Positions 27,301-40,244 of a DNA stretch of 64,000 nt are shown here, in pieces. The position numbers were made by a program, and so were the translations under genes. How positions within the stretch are numbered: the stretch's first letter is position 1; every line of letters starts with the position of its first letter. The notes under the pieces are model-generated. The model was not told where the DNA came from, searched no databases, and saw only the letters and a program-made list of their open reading frames with translations. Source of the stretch: Botryllus schlosseri (Eukaryota); assembly GCA_051294905.1 (NCBI GenBank), contig CM119372.1, forward strand, positions 15,192,001 to 15,256,000, written 5' to 3'.

Positions 27301-28043
27301 AGTGAAAAATTCATCAAGATGAAATAATTTATTCATGAAATTGTTTAATGCGATATGTGCTCGCATTTCAATTTAACACAATGCTTTGATTCCTGCTTGA
27401 ATGATGGCAGGCAGACTCGTAATTAATCTTCCATGGATAACAGCTGGCTTTTTATAATGTTTTACGTTTATGGGTGCCACCGCTTTGATTGCCTATCCCC
27501 TGGTCGTAACGCATCAGGATCGTGTACCAAATACTTTCGGACGAGGGCAAATCGATTTGACTCGCTTTCGGGACGAGAATCCATATACAAATCGGGTCGG
27601 AGGCGCTGCAGCACTTTACAGAATTGCTGAGCATGGAACGATTAAAACACCACAAGGTGTCATGCGAATGCTCTTTGTAGGTATTTGGTCTGTGTATTTT
27701 TGGTATAGTCTTACTCGCCGCTTGCGTAATCTCTACCACGAAATCATAACGCATGCTACTAAGGATAACCTGATGATTGATTCGTGGCATGGGAACGATT
27801 CTTAGTTCGCGTACATTTTGTAAAATAATCATTTGAATAAAAAACAATGAATAAAACATTTGTTACCGCACTTCAAGTCACGCCACCGGCAAACCTCTCG
27901 CGGCACCTACGTTAAAAATCATTGTTTACGGGAAATTCATGTGGCCATCATGAACGTTGAAAAACGCTACTGTGACGTCATATTGATAACAAGTCGCTTG
28001 CGGCCCTTGCCCCACCACCCGATATTGTCACGAGCCGCCACTG
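24320..28043 (+). mobile_element. hAT transposon 1 (Tip100/ZMYM1-like), internally deleted
   Basis: 14-bp TIRs CAGTGGCGGCTCGT / ACGAGCCGCCACTG; perfect TSD TTATAAGG (24312-24319, 28044-28051). Confidence 0.95.
25851..27112 (+). pseudogene. hAT transposase, deleted and frameshifted
   Basis: TTF-type zinc finger (WLTY..ALFCFYCLLF..H..S.VH), DUF4371-like LPLRGHDE..NRGVFLDL, then a jump at about 26465 to C-terminal sequence with the hAT dimerisation motif TTPISSAESERSFSTLKRIKTFLRNRMGQDRLNALAVLSI. Region with the first two catalytic Asp is absent. Splice acceptor just upstream of the ATG. Confidence 0.92.
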
Positions 28044-28540
28044 TTATAAGGCTGTGGCTATCGGCCGGTCTCGCTGGTTACATTCGTTGTCACGGATAGG
28101 ACTGATGAGTTGGAATATCAGTTTAGGATGTATAATATTGTTCGGGAAACTAGAAATATCAGCGCCGCATGCTAAGTTGACCAGTTGTTAATGGCGAACA
28201 AGGCGACCTGTAATCAGGGTTGCCAACTGCTGGTGGTGCAAAAGTGCCAAATTGCTCACCAAAATGTGCCAAATGGCCCTTCAAAGAGCCAACTATTTCG
28301 GTTTCAACCAATATGCATTAAATTACCCCTAAAACACAAAAAAGATACGTTGTCAATAGCCTGTGCACTTTTACATGCGTGCCTGGAGTAAATACCATTG
28401 AACAAAAACGTCACTGAAAGAAAAACACGAAAAATTTCGGATGCGTAACAAAACGTACATGTCATCGTTAACGCATCGCGGATCGTACGCAAACACATAA
28501 AAAACAGGAAAGGAAGATCACCGAAACATATTGCTAAATT

Positions 28541-31459
28541 TCATTGCCAACTTTCTTCTTGCAAGACTTCAAGCAGGCATAGTTCATCATCCTCGTCATG
28601 GTACATATCGGCGGTAAACTTTCCTAGCATACTGTCGGTTACTGTCAAATCTTTGCAACACTGTTGTCGTCCTAACAAGTGATGCCTGACTCTCAGAATG
28701 GCATCCAGCATTGAAAGTTTCAGTCTATTTCGAGCTTTTGTTTTAATGCAACTCACGTGACTAAACATTCGCTCAACGATGGCATTACTGACTGGTACAG
28801 ACAGACAAGTCAATGCATAATCAGCCAATTCTTTGTATGGATTTGCACCGTCAATTGTTTCATATTGTTTGATGCCTAGCCAAAACTTTGCTGATTCCTG
28901 AGGAATTCCATTGGAAAAAATGCTTTCTTCATCCCACCGATGCAGCTGTATTCTCCGGTATTGGGATTCAATGTCATGATTATCACGTAGCAAATGCTGG
29001 AAAGGCAGCTGATCATACGAGGCATGACCAATCTGTGAGAGCAGCCTGATAGGGCTTAGTCCGCTTATGCCACCGAAAATCTGCCTTGATGAAGGTAACC
29101 TTTCCTCCACCTGATGCACTAATTCTAATAAAAAGCTGTGGCATCTTTCAAGCATTGGTTTGAGACCATCTGAAAAGGCTAAATTCTGTTGGTTATTCCG
29201 CTGGCAGCGAACCATTTCTGATCTCAGTTGCGACCCAAAATCTACTAAAGACAGTGCTTTGGCATTTCCACGCGAATCATACAACCTTGCTCTGAGCGCT
29301 CGATAATGCATATCAAGTTCTTGCACTATTTTATCTGGACAGGCTTTGGATGCCTGAAAAAATGCATTCACTTTTTCAAATTCTTTCACGACAGGGTATA
29401 CACCATGACAAAATACAAGTAGACGATGTCGTCATGCAAGATTTTGCTGATACTGGCTGCCTTGTACTTACAGTCCTGTGTCCCTAAAAATTCAGCTTGT
29501 TTAAAATAGTCTTTCAATGTAACCCAGTTTTGTAATATATTCCCGATCACTGTGCCTCTAACGAGCCATCGAGTCGCAGACATTCTTTTGAATGGCAACT
29601 GACTACTAATTCCATCCAACTCCTCATTCATACTCCTGAATAGCTGCTTATAGTTTTCCCTCCTTAATGCACTCTTGTTGAACCAAGAAGGAATTTCTTT
29701 TAGCAAGAAACCAAGAGCAGATGGTAGCTTTTCAAATCCCTTTTGTACACATAACGCGAGACTGACATACGCATTTGAACAGTATGCAATGGGGGGACTT
29801 CTCCTTGATTCTGGAAAACACAGAATTGTGCTGACCCACCATATTAGACGCTCCATCACTGCCACAACCTATACAATTTTCCAGCTCCATTCCGGCTGCT
29901 TTTAGAGCATCTTCCAAAGTTTTAAAAAGTGCCTCTCCAGTTGCTTGAGCAGCTGGTAGCAATCCTAGATAGCCCACATCAATGTCATTGCGACTGTCAT
30001 TGAAATAAATAACCAACACGCACAGTCGCACATATGTTTCTCAGATGACAAATCTGTACTTTCGTCGCATATCAATGAATACCGTTTGCCTTGGATGTCT
30101 GCCACAAACTCTTCATGAATTGCTTTTGCAATCACGTTTTTTATTATCTTAGAACATTTTGTTCGGTGAAGTTTGATTTGGTGCAACTTACTGCCTGAGC
30201 CATGTCTTTTGATGATGTCACTCATGTGATCTATTGCAGATATTGAACAGTGACAACAAACTGTTGCAGCGATTTCAATTTCAACTTTCTTTACCTCATC
30301 GGTCAGAGACTTATTAGTAGGGCTGGGCAAAATCGAGTACCTGAGTGATTCGATTCTGAATCACGTATTATGCTTCGAGTCGAGTCGAGTATTCGAGTAT
30401 CACTCATTATGACGTCATATGCATTACCACCACACATCCGTGAATTGCCTTATAATAGATTCAAAAAAGCCCTACTTGATCACCTCTTGTCGTTACACTA
30501 ACACTGTTGCCCTACCTCGCCCAGACATTGCTTCATTGATCATTTGCTACCATCGTTTAATTTGTCTTCGATTTTATTTTTTTAACTACTGTAACCGTTT
30601 TTACAGCCAGACTGCTTAGAGTCAAGTGTACCTGTTTGATGCTGGTGTGATCAGACTAGATGACCTTCACGGTCTTATCGATCATTCCTATCTAATACCG
30701 AATACTGTGCAAGCATATTTTCTGTACCACCATCACTGCCGTGTGTTATGTATTTTGGTTGGATGAAAACAAAGACTCTCTCTCTCTCTCATAACAAAAT
30801 GTAAGATGTCAAAGTTCAAATATGTACCTTTTGTGTCACCACAAAGAATATAATGTCTGTTATCCATCACATTAAAGATACTTCAGTATTTCTTCGACCC
30901 TACCGACTTCATTGCACTTTGTGACAATTTTGTGGGAGGATCACTACTTCGGAAATGTTTTTCCAGTAACGGTCGTAGCTTTGTACTACTTCGTATGCTG
31001 CGATACGGCCAATCAAGGTTTCAAGGTTTCCACAGTGAAAAAATACTATCGAAATCATAATTCTCGTTGACAAAACAACTTTCAGTAGCGAGGAGCGTAT
31101 AATTTCAGTACTCGAAAATTCGTCTTTTGCTACTCGACTCGAATCATCAAAATAATTACTCGATTCAGATTCGAGTACTCGAATCATTGTGCCCAGCCCT
31201 ACTTATTAGCCGGTTGGTTGGCTGCGAAATTGATTGGAGAAGTATTTTTGATCGCATTCACACGCTGAATATGCTCGGAAGAAGTGCCATGGCGAGTAAT
31301 TGCGTGCAGTCGATTCGCAAGTGCTTTTCGGCATAGTTTACAAAACGGCACTTCGGTACCGTCATGGGATTTCGTGATCCAAGGGTACTGCTTGATCCAT
31401 TCATCACGAAATTTTCTTTGTTCATCATAGGAACCTTTCCACTTTCGTTTTGGCGGCAT
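28541..31459 (-). pseudogene. Near full-length hAT transposase interrupted by a MITE and about three frameshifts
   Basis: N-terminal zinc finger (FCKLC..H..S.EH), LHRTKC, catalytic-type motifs SLICDESTD, GSDGASNM and PVSNAIVERMFS; frame changes near 30030, 29765 and 29395. Confidence 0.93.
30318..31201. mobile_element. hAT-type MITE TAGGGCTGGGCA inserted in the transposase 2 ORF
   Basis: 12-bp TIRs; TSD CTTATTAG (30310-30317, 31202-31209); removal restores the reading ...QPANK-SLTDEVKK... Confidence 0.95.
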
Positions 31460-34400
31460 TGGTATCTAATGCATGGATACTGTGCAGATAAGAACGGAGT
31501 AATAAGGTGTAAAACAGTCCGAGGATGAATCAGGTCTTGTGAATAATCAATCAATAAACAATAACAAACGGACGGACATACTTTGGTTCGGCTATGCTCC
31601 TTAATCTAATGCCAACCCCTGTCATAATCTCTAACACAACTTATTCGCCGACCTCGCCGCTAACCTGATTCAGTGGCAGGAATCGCCAAAATATATCCGT
31701 CAATTACTACTACGAAGCACACGAGGCTGCTCTGAAATGAACCAGCGGCGATCCGGCTTCGACTTCGGGCTGTGTGACGAAATAGAGAACGATGGAAAGC
31801 ACTGTGATGGCAATAAGCCGATCAGTGACATAGGCCTGCACTGCAAACCGTAATATGCAAGGATAGAACGAGAACTAAAGAAGAGCGATTCGACTTGCAT
31901 CAATTTCCATTAATAGATAATTTGTTAGTAAAATGCGCCAAATTGGAGCCAACGCGCCAAACGTAATTTTTCGTTGCCAACTGACCTTTGAAAGAGCCAA
32001 ATTTCGGAAATTTGGCTCCCAAATGCGCCAATTGGCAACACTGCCTGTAATAGCTTACATTAGGTTACCGTTACGCGTTACTGATTTTTCTGAGATTCGT
32101 AGTAAACAACCAACGCACCACTGTGACATCACAAGCAGCGTCTGGTTACGTAAGTACGGTAAGTAGTGACATCACATGGAATAAATATCAATTTATACGC
32201 AATTAGATGGAAAAGAAAGGGACTAGATGTAATGATAAATGTTTCTGTAAAAAAAAACGACCTAAATCAAACATTATAACGCAGTGGCCAGTAAATATTA
32301 TTGGTGGCATGTCAGCGGATGAATACCACTTATTTTGAAATCGTTAGAGTGGCGTATCGTCGTCTGGCCATTACAGAGATTTGAGCAAAGGGTGGAGCGA
32401 AGCTTGTGGTTGAAGAAAGTGGACACGATCGTAGAAGATTCCTAGGAATGCTGATTGGGATACGCATCGTAAAAGGTACAATACTACATAGTATTCGTTA
32501 CCTTGAATATCTACGACTGTGCACACCACCGGGATGACTTTGATTTCATGATTGAAATATTTCATTCGCCGCATTCTCTGTTCTATTTTGGGATGTTAGT
32601 CGACCTATATACTGACCTGTGGCACCACATACTCTGCCGCGGAGTAGTTGAAACTGTTGGTATGTTTATGTCATTTTGAGCCATAGCATAGACATGTTTC
32701 CATCCACTGCTAGATTTGTTTGGTACACATGCCACCTCAACCTTTTGCTTCAATACATAAGATCAGTGGTTCTCAACCTGGGGAACGCGAGAAATTGACA
32801 AAGTCTGCATGAATTCTGACTAAACATGTGTTTCACAACCATTTTCAGAAGACGATTGTTGAAGATGAAACTTATTTACATTTAAGCAAATTTGTGATAT
32901 TCTTTGAAGATTTAGAGGAATTCCCACGTATAAGTCATTCATTACTTCATAGCTTTGGCAGTAGCCTAAAGCTCGTTGCGCTGGATAGCTGTTGTTAATA
33001 GCTGGCGAACTGCACTGCGTAAGACAGACTTCGATGCAATATAGGTTGCTCGGTTTCGCCCTCAATTAAGCTGACCTATATCAACACAATTTAATTCAAT
33101 TCAATTCCAAAACTGATCAAATTGGGCATGGCAGTACAGAACGACGCCTTGTTCTCTGTAGACACTACCAGCATTAGGGTTATTCTCAGTGCAACCTACC
33201 TTGAAACAAATTGATGTCCTGTCCAATGTTTTTTTTGCTATTTTCAAACAAGTTTGGGGAAATTTGTCAAAAATGTTAAAGACTGGAATACGGATTCAAT
33301 GGCGTAAGACATAAGATCAGGGATGGGCAACCTGCTGCCGTAGATGGGAATTTGTGCGGCCGCCAACACCTAATTCAATTATTATGTGTTAGCATCCGTC
33401 GACATGCAAATTGAAATTACTAATTCACTCCCAATTTTTTTAGAGATTTTGATTATTCCTGAAATTTTCTTCGCGCTCCACGCAATTCAACATAACTTAA
33501 TTTTTCGATTTTAATATAGTAGCGCCCTTCTAAATCTGACCAGGAATCAGAATCGTGTGCTCCTCACGAAAGAATTTTTTAATGGTACATTTGGGCGATC
33601 TCAATATATTTCCACTACCGATACGCTGGACAATCCTGATCGGGGGTCAAGAAACAACAGCATGCAATAAAGTGCATGGTGAAGTAGGTCATGAATCTCT
33701 GCTATATCATGTAAAAGGCGGAGCCGTCACCACACAATGTATCAGTACCGGTACTTCAAAAATTGTTATATTTTTGTTACCCTCTTTGTCTTAGTAGTCT
33801 TTATAATGTCATGTCTAGGTTAGGAACTTTGCTTATTATAGCGACTTACGCATGAATTCTTTTCAGTGGAGCTGCAAGATACTCGCTACACAGAAGAAAT
33901 GAGGACGAGAAAGAGAAACAATTGGAAGTTTGGCCGATGGTGGGAGACCACTCGTGTTACTGCATGCCTCCTAAAGAAGAATTAGACCTCCAGCAGCAAT
34001 ACTTTTCCATCGATAATCTTATCGTGAATCATGAATGAATATACAGTTTGTTCCAATCTCGTTTTGGGGCTGTGAAGAAGCTTTTGCGATATTTTAGCAT
34101 CAGGTTGTTTTGCGATAGGTATGAGATGCACGTGAATTTACAAGCTGGTATGTAATCCTGATTTACACAGACAGCATGTATGTGGGTAGGCGGTAAAATT
34201 ACAGTCTGAGTGGCAAATATACAGGATAAAATGTAGATTGGATATACCGGAGGTAACTGTAACATTACAGTCTGGCGTGTAAAGTGAGATTACCAGACGA
34301 ATGCAAGTTCAATTTACATTGACTAACGGTAATGTTAAATTACCACGAAATGTCTGGCTACCGTGCTTCCAAACATTTCGCGGTAAATCGAGGTTTTTAT

Positions 34401-35400
34401 TTTTTACAGTGTACACAACTCAAGTTGATTCGTATCTGAATGTTGTAATTCGGCACAACTCTACTCCTTTGAGAAATCCTTTTACCGCGATCTGTTGATT
34501 CGAACGTAACCTATTACTGACGCCAACTTTCAGCTGCATCGGATTATTCGCACATTTCGCGCCGGTGTTTTCACACTTATAGAATCAATAGCAACTATCT
34601 CTATACCGAAAATATTCCATCATTTTGGTAATTTATCAACTTGAAATCAAACTCTTAACAAATACACACATCTTATCATTTGCCAACTCTATCATCACAA
34701 AAATTCAGGTGTCGGAATCCATTCGTGAGATGTACTATAGATAAATTGAGATAATCCAAAATGAAATATTTAGACTTTGACATAGCGTGAATTGAATTAG
34801 GGTTGACAAACATGACTACCAACTTTCACCCAGTCAGATTTCGGGATTATACGCATATCGATTTGAAACAATCCTTGAAACTTACAACTCGCTATTCACG
34901 ATCCAGTTTTCCGTTTGTCAAATAGAGTTACAGTAAATTCTATCACTACGGTGTCGGGATATTTAAATGTGTTACAAGAGTCAATCAATGAAATATCACT
35001 CGTGTTGTAAACACTTGACCAACTTGACAACCACGTGCCAAGGGCGTAGCCAGAAAAAATATTTGGGGGGGGGGCGAAAAATTCGATGACGTAAATGAGC
35101 CCCGCCCACTTAAAGATAAGGAAAAATGGGTTAGAAACGATGGTCTTGGGCCCTTATAGGATGATTAACACAACATTTGAGGCGACCTTGATGCATATCT
35201 TCCACTCATATAAAGTGATGTGTGATTGTGGACAACTCTGACATCAACACTTTTTTGGGTAAAGAATGAAAATTGTTCATTATATTGTTACTTGCATATT
35301 GCAAATACACGTTTTCATTATCAGATTTACCGGCAAGGCTGAACATTCAGGGCTAGTACACTTGAACTGTGTTCATACCACACTGCAAGACTATTTAGAG

Positions 35401-37076
35401 CAGTGGTTCTCAACCGGGGGTCCGCAAAGCATTTTGAAGGGATCCACGAAAACTCAAAATTTGCAAAATGGTCGATAACCTAATAATAGTGAAATATTTT
35501 TGGTTTGTTTTAAATTAGAGAGATGATGAAGCCCTTCCGCTTCATAACTGCTAAAAGTTCAGGACTTACATAAACAGAGAATGCTGGCCGTCTGAGATGA
35601 AATATTCCATCGTGCAAAGTCATTTTAATTGCCGATAGCCTACTTATGCTAATATATTGCTGTTTAAGGATGTTTTGCTGGGGTTTTGGAAAAAATTGTA
35701 TGCAGAGATCCATTTTCTTCTATGATATACACGACCGCTATTCCAGAATAACTTCACGATGAGCTGCTAGATCAGTGGTTCCCAAACGGTAGGGAATTCC
35801 CCACCGCTGGGGAATTTCATGATTTCTAGTGGGGAATAGAGTCCTTTATTAAATGTCGTTTTGAAATGCCGACCGAATATTCCATAGCTTATTTGCAATT
35901 CAGCGATTCATATTGTCAGTACCTCCAGTTAGCGAGAATCGCCTGGATAGCAACAGGCGATCTCCAGAATAGTTTTTATTCCTTTGTACACCATCATCGG
36001 TCACGAAACGTAGTGATAGAAAAATTTTGATTCGTTGTAATAAGAGCTCATTATTGCTGAACGATGAACATGTATTCAAGGAAGATCGTGGACTCGCTAA
36101 TTGATAGCACATCCGGACTCGTTACAATTGAAGTTACATATTGATGTTATTCTATCTACGTCCGGACGCGTTACAAATGAAATTACATATTGATGTTATT
36201 TCAAGTTCTTTTAGCATTGTGCGAAAGTGTAGTTTACGGCGGCTTATATATATATATATGTATATATATCGCACGCATGAGTTCAACAACATCAACAAGT
36301 TTATCTGACCAATGTATTATTCGGCATTTACGTATGTAAATTGATGCAACCTGCAACATTTGGAAAATTTTCAAACCCCTCCTATTTTTCCGTTGGCTGC
36401 GCGCCGGGGTAGATACATATTTACGGGGGTGCGTTTACGATTACCAGTTCACCGCTGCGTTAATTTTATTGTGTGCTGATCAATTCCGGGGATCTCAACA
36501 ATCACCAATAGCACGCACTATTTACTAAGCAAAGTCTTGCAACATTTTATTGGAGGTAGCACTTTAAAGAGTAGATATGGATATAGAGATTTCAGGTGGG
36601 GAATGAAGGCTCGGGATAAATCGGAAGTGGGGAATTAGGATACAAAATTTGGGAACCACTGTGCTAGATATAAATGACTAGGTTGGAGGATATATTGATG
36701 CATGTATGTTGCCATAATAGCCTAATGTGTCTTCGGAAGCGTTACGCGTTATTATTACATTCGCCACCACCTATCTTTGTGGAAATGGATTTTCGGCACC
36801 CGTTCATATCAAATCGACAACGTGGATTTTCAAGACATGGCCCTGTATTTCAAGAAATGCATCTACAGAATTCGCTTTAAAATAATAAAAAGTCGATGTT
36901 ATTTTCAAGAAAGGTCATTTCGCTGTTGTTTATCACTAGCCTACAGTTAATAATTGCACAAGACAGATGAAGGTTGCATGATAATAGAGGCAAATTTGAA
37001 ATAAGAATTGGGGGTCCGCGGTGGTATGCGAAGGTGTAAAGAGGGTTCGCGACGACAAAAGGGTTGAGAACCACTG
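35401..37076. mobile_element. Charlie-like element, relative of 10706-12135
   Basis: TIRs CAGTGGTTCTCAACC; TSD ATTTAGAG (35393-35400, 37077-37084). Confidence 0.9.
35773..36661. mobile_element. Charlie-like MITE with GGGGAAT repeats (innermost of the nest)
   Basis: TIRs CAGTGGTTCCCAAA / TTTGGGAACCACTG; TSD TGCTAGAT (35765-35772, 36662-36669). Confidence 0.92.
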
Positions 37077-40000
37077 ATTTAGAGTTTCTATAGGGTGGGC
37101 GCCGGACGGGACAGTTGTCATTTATTGCTGTTACTTCATGACTTGCGGAGATAGCTGTCACCACTCAAGAGATCACTCACACACAAGGTCGTAGGCAGAA
37201 TTACATTTTTTTATTGCGGAGGGGGGGTTATGAGTTTAAGGAAGCACCCCGTGGAAACATCTCGCAGAACCGTACATCCTGCCATGGGCAATTTTCATCA
37301 CTACCCCATACGATTCGTAGACGCACAGACACACATACCCTATGGAAGCTTCCAGTTGCCAAATATCTTGTATTAGGCGATCGTTTCACGAAGTGATGGA
37401 AATCAGTGTGAATTTCGGACCTGGTCGCGCGGAGCGTAAATGTTTTTGAATAAATGAAAGTATTTGATCAATAATATTGGTGCGTGTATATGAGCAAGTG
37501 GATTCCAGTCTTATTAATTACTTCGTTGAAGCACGGTTATTTAGTGACCTCTGGTAAAGATTGATGCTAGTTTAGAGATAGGAATTGCTGATATATATAC
37601 CAGACCATGCCGTGCGATTTCAAATTAACACTTTTTAACGGGAGGTGGCGATATTTTCCTGTGCCAGTTGCATTTATGTCGGAGAAGTCTGATTGCAGGG
37701 ACAGGATCATTAGGCGCCAGCCATTTAAGCACCCGAAAATCTATATCGAATAAATGCGTTGGTTTTATGGCCGTCAATCATTTTGGGAGCGCACTTTGCG
37801 GAGTCGCATGTAACCTACTTTATATGTCTTCGCGTGTCCCGTAACGGAAATTGTCGGAGCTAACAGTCCCCCATCCCCATACTGAACTGACAATTCTAGA
37901 CTCAATCAACCCAACGACCTTAGGTTACTCTCGTGTATCTACTGGTACTGTTGTATTCTCATAATTAAGAATTCAGCTAAATTCAATTGTGGGTATTTGC
38001 GGAAGATTTGTTTTCGGGACACCGATAATAAAATCAACACAGTTACGACCATGGACACGAAATAGCGCGAAGCGCGAAGAAATTTTTTAGGTTGCTTTCA
38101 TCGACCCTAAAATAATGTTATATTTATTGATTTTACGAAAAAATTTCCAGAAATTTGGGGGGGGGGCGACCGCCCCTTTCGCCCCTCGCTGGCTACGCTA
38201 GTGCCACGTGCGCATAACGCGATCGAGTTGCGATACGATGAGTTAAATCAGAATCGGAATATTTAAATCTACTTTGCCATATCGCGATTTGAAGTAGGAT
38301 TGTCAGACATGCTCGCAAACTTTCACTCCGTTGCATTTCAGATTGATTTATTCACACGATGACCTTGTTGCTGTCTTCACACTTACACAATCGCCAACTG
38401 TTCCCACTCGAAACTTCGGTACGATATGTCAACATGTCACAATAGTTGATTATTCACATACTGATTTGAAACAATAGATCGAAACCTTGATCAAGTTATC
38501 TGGTTATATTTTGTTGCAATTGAGTTAACGGAAATAGTATTACGTATCGACATTATAATATCTTACCATACTGTAAAGAGTCAATCACGAAAACCTTGTC
38601 AGGTAAATCCGTTTGTAACTTACCCAACCAATTCAACAACACAGACATGTCAAAAACATAACCGAGATTTTATAAACTGGTCATATTACTCAACACATCT
38701 CTCAATAACAGAATACAAGTCGTCAATCTTTTTGTTTAAAGTAGCATTGCACTTTTGGAATTGAATTCGTTATAGCCTGTATATCAGTCGTACAAATTGT
38801 CCCAATACCAAAACAAAAGTACTTTTTTAGTTTACTAAAAACAAATCATTCGTCTTCAATTGTGTTTTCTTTTAAGATTTGCATTCGGAAATTCATTACG
38901 AATGAGTTGTAAAGCAAACATTTTAGAAACAGCATTATCATCATCTCGATTAGTGAATCTACCAAACACAACCACGATCGATGTATTCAAGTATATCACA
39001 GACGTATTAAACTCACTAGAGTTACCAACCTAAAAGTAAACGCACATCGAATCGATGAGAATGTTTGTATGAAAGTCATTTCCAACACAGTTACTTCGAT
39101 CGGTAATAATTCCATGTCATACAAAAAACATGAAACCATTGTACAATTTCGCAGTATGAGAATATCGATTGAAGTTGATTATTTTTTTGTGTGACGAAAA
39201 TATCTTTTATTGAATGAAGACTCGCACACTGGTTTCATTACCCGAGTGAGTGAACATTGTTTTCTGCTGGGCAGCTATGATTTGTATTTAGAAAAAACGA
39301 TCTATACCGATTAAGCGACGCTGTTTAATATCATAATCCGATGAGTGAGTGAAGTTTCCTTAGGGTTTGATTTAGCGAGTTAATTGCCGGCGATTCAATC
39401 ACATGCAAGTAAGGTCTTTCATGGGATGAGTGTTGCGATGACATTTACTTTGACGAATGACGATGGAAAAATTACCGATTTGTTTGTTCGTGTGCGTTGC
39501 ACAAATACTTCTAGTATGCATTCAGTGAACATCCTACAAATTGTGTTTGCGAGGACAACGACCTTCAGTAGTTTGGTTAGATGATGACAATTATTCTAGA
39601 GGTTCAAATCGGTGGTGTATTATCACCACTACGAACAAAAATACAAACAGATTTTTGTAGATTTCAGTGTAGCACATACTTCGATCTTATTACTGTTATG
39701 AGTTTTGTATTATGCAAGTCCGGTTAAATAGGAATCATCCATTAAGCATTTTACATTTCACACGTTCGATAGAGAGCGTGAACAAAGTTTACCACACTTA
39801 AAATGGTACTCCGATATCCAAAGTGATATTTTCATACTGTGTATTTAATGTATATTTTCGGAATCATCGCGAATGTAGCTTTCAAATAAGATCAACTTTA
39901 TTAAATTTGAGCGCTCAGGTCGTCATCTATGGGATTAGCAATTACGTTGCCATTTCATGCTATGAAGCGACGACAAATCTGCGAATGTAGCATCACTCGA

Positions 40001-40244
40001 CCGTAAATCACGTGATGCGCATCTATACGTAGGTTAGTTATCTATAATTCATCTCCACTTCATCAACACAACCTATACCTTGAGAACCACCATTCGAGAG
40101 ATGCGCATACCTGAAAGTACGACGTGTTTTGTGGTACCGTGTGAGCGAACCCTATCCCTGAAAGAATCACCCACCATGCCTATACCTGAAAGTTCGACAT
40201 GCCAACACGAGTTTTCGAGGCACCGCGTGAGAGATGCCTATACC

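Larger units (their letters stand above)
28215..32043 (-). mobile_element. hAT transposon 2
   Basis: TIRs CAGGGTTGCCAA / TTGGCAACACTG; perfect TSD CCTGTAAT (28207-28214, 32044-32051); GCCAA subterminal repeats. Confidence 0.95.
23897..34411. mobile_element. CACTG-ended (CMC/EnSpm-like) non-autonomous element hosting two hAT transposons
   Basis: Ends CACTGTAAAAAAT / ATTTTTTACAGTG, each flanked by TA; TTAC/GTAA-rich subterminal regions at both ends. Pairing of the two ends is inferred. Confidence 0.65.
35039..38203. mobile_element. hAT-type non-autonomous element (CAAGGGCGTAGCCAG), outer member of a triple nest
   Basis: Imperfect TIRs CAAGGGCGTAGCCAG / CTGGCTACGCTAGTG; TSD CCACGTGC (35031-35038, 38204-38211). 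Confidence 0.85.

Noticed and set aside
25851..31459. Domesticated ZMYM1/ZBED-type host genes
   Set aside because: Both frames are broken and bounded by TIRs and TSDs, so they are decayed transposons.
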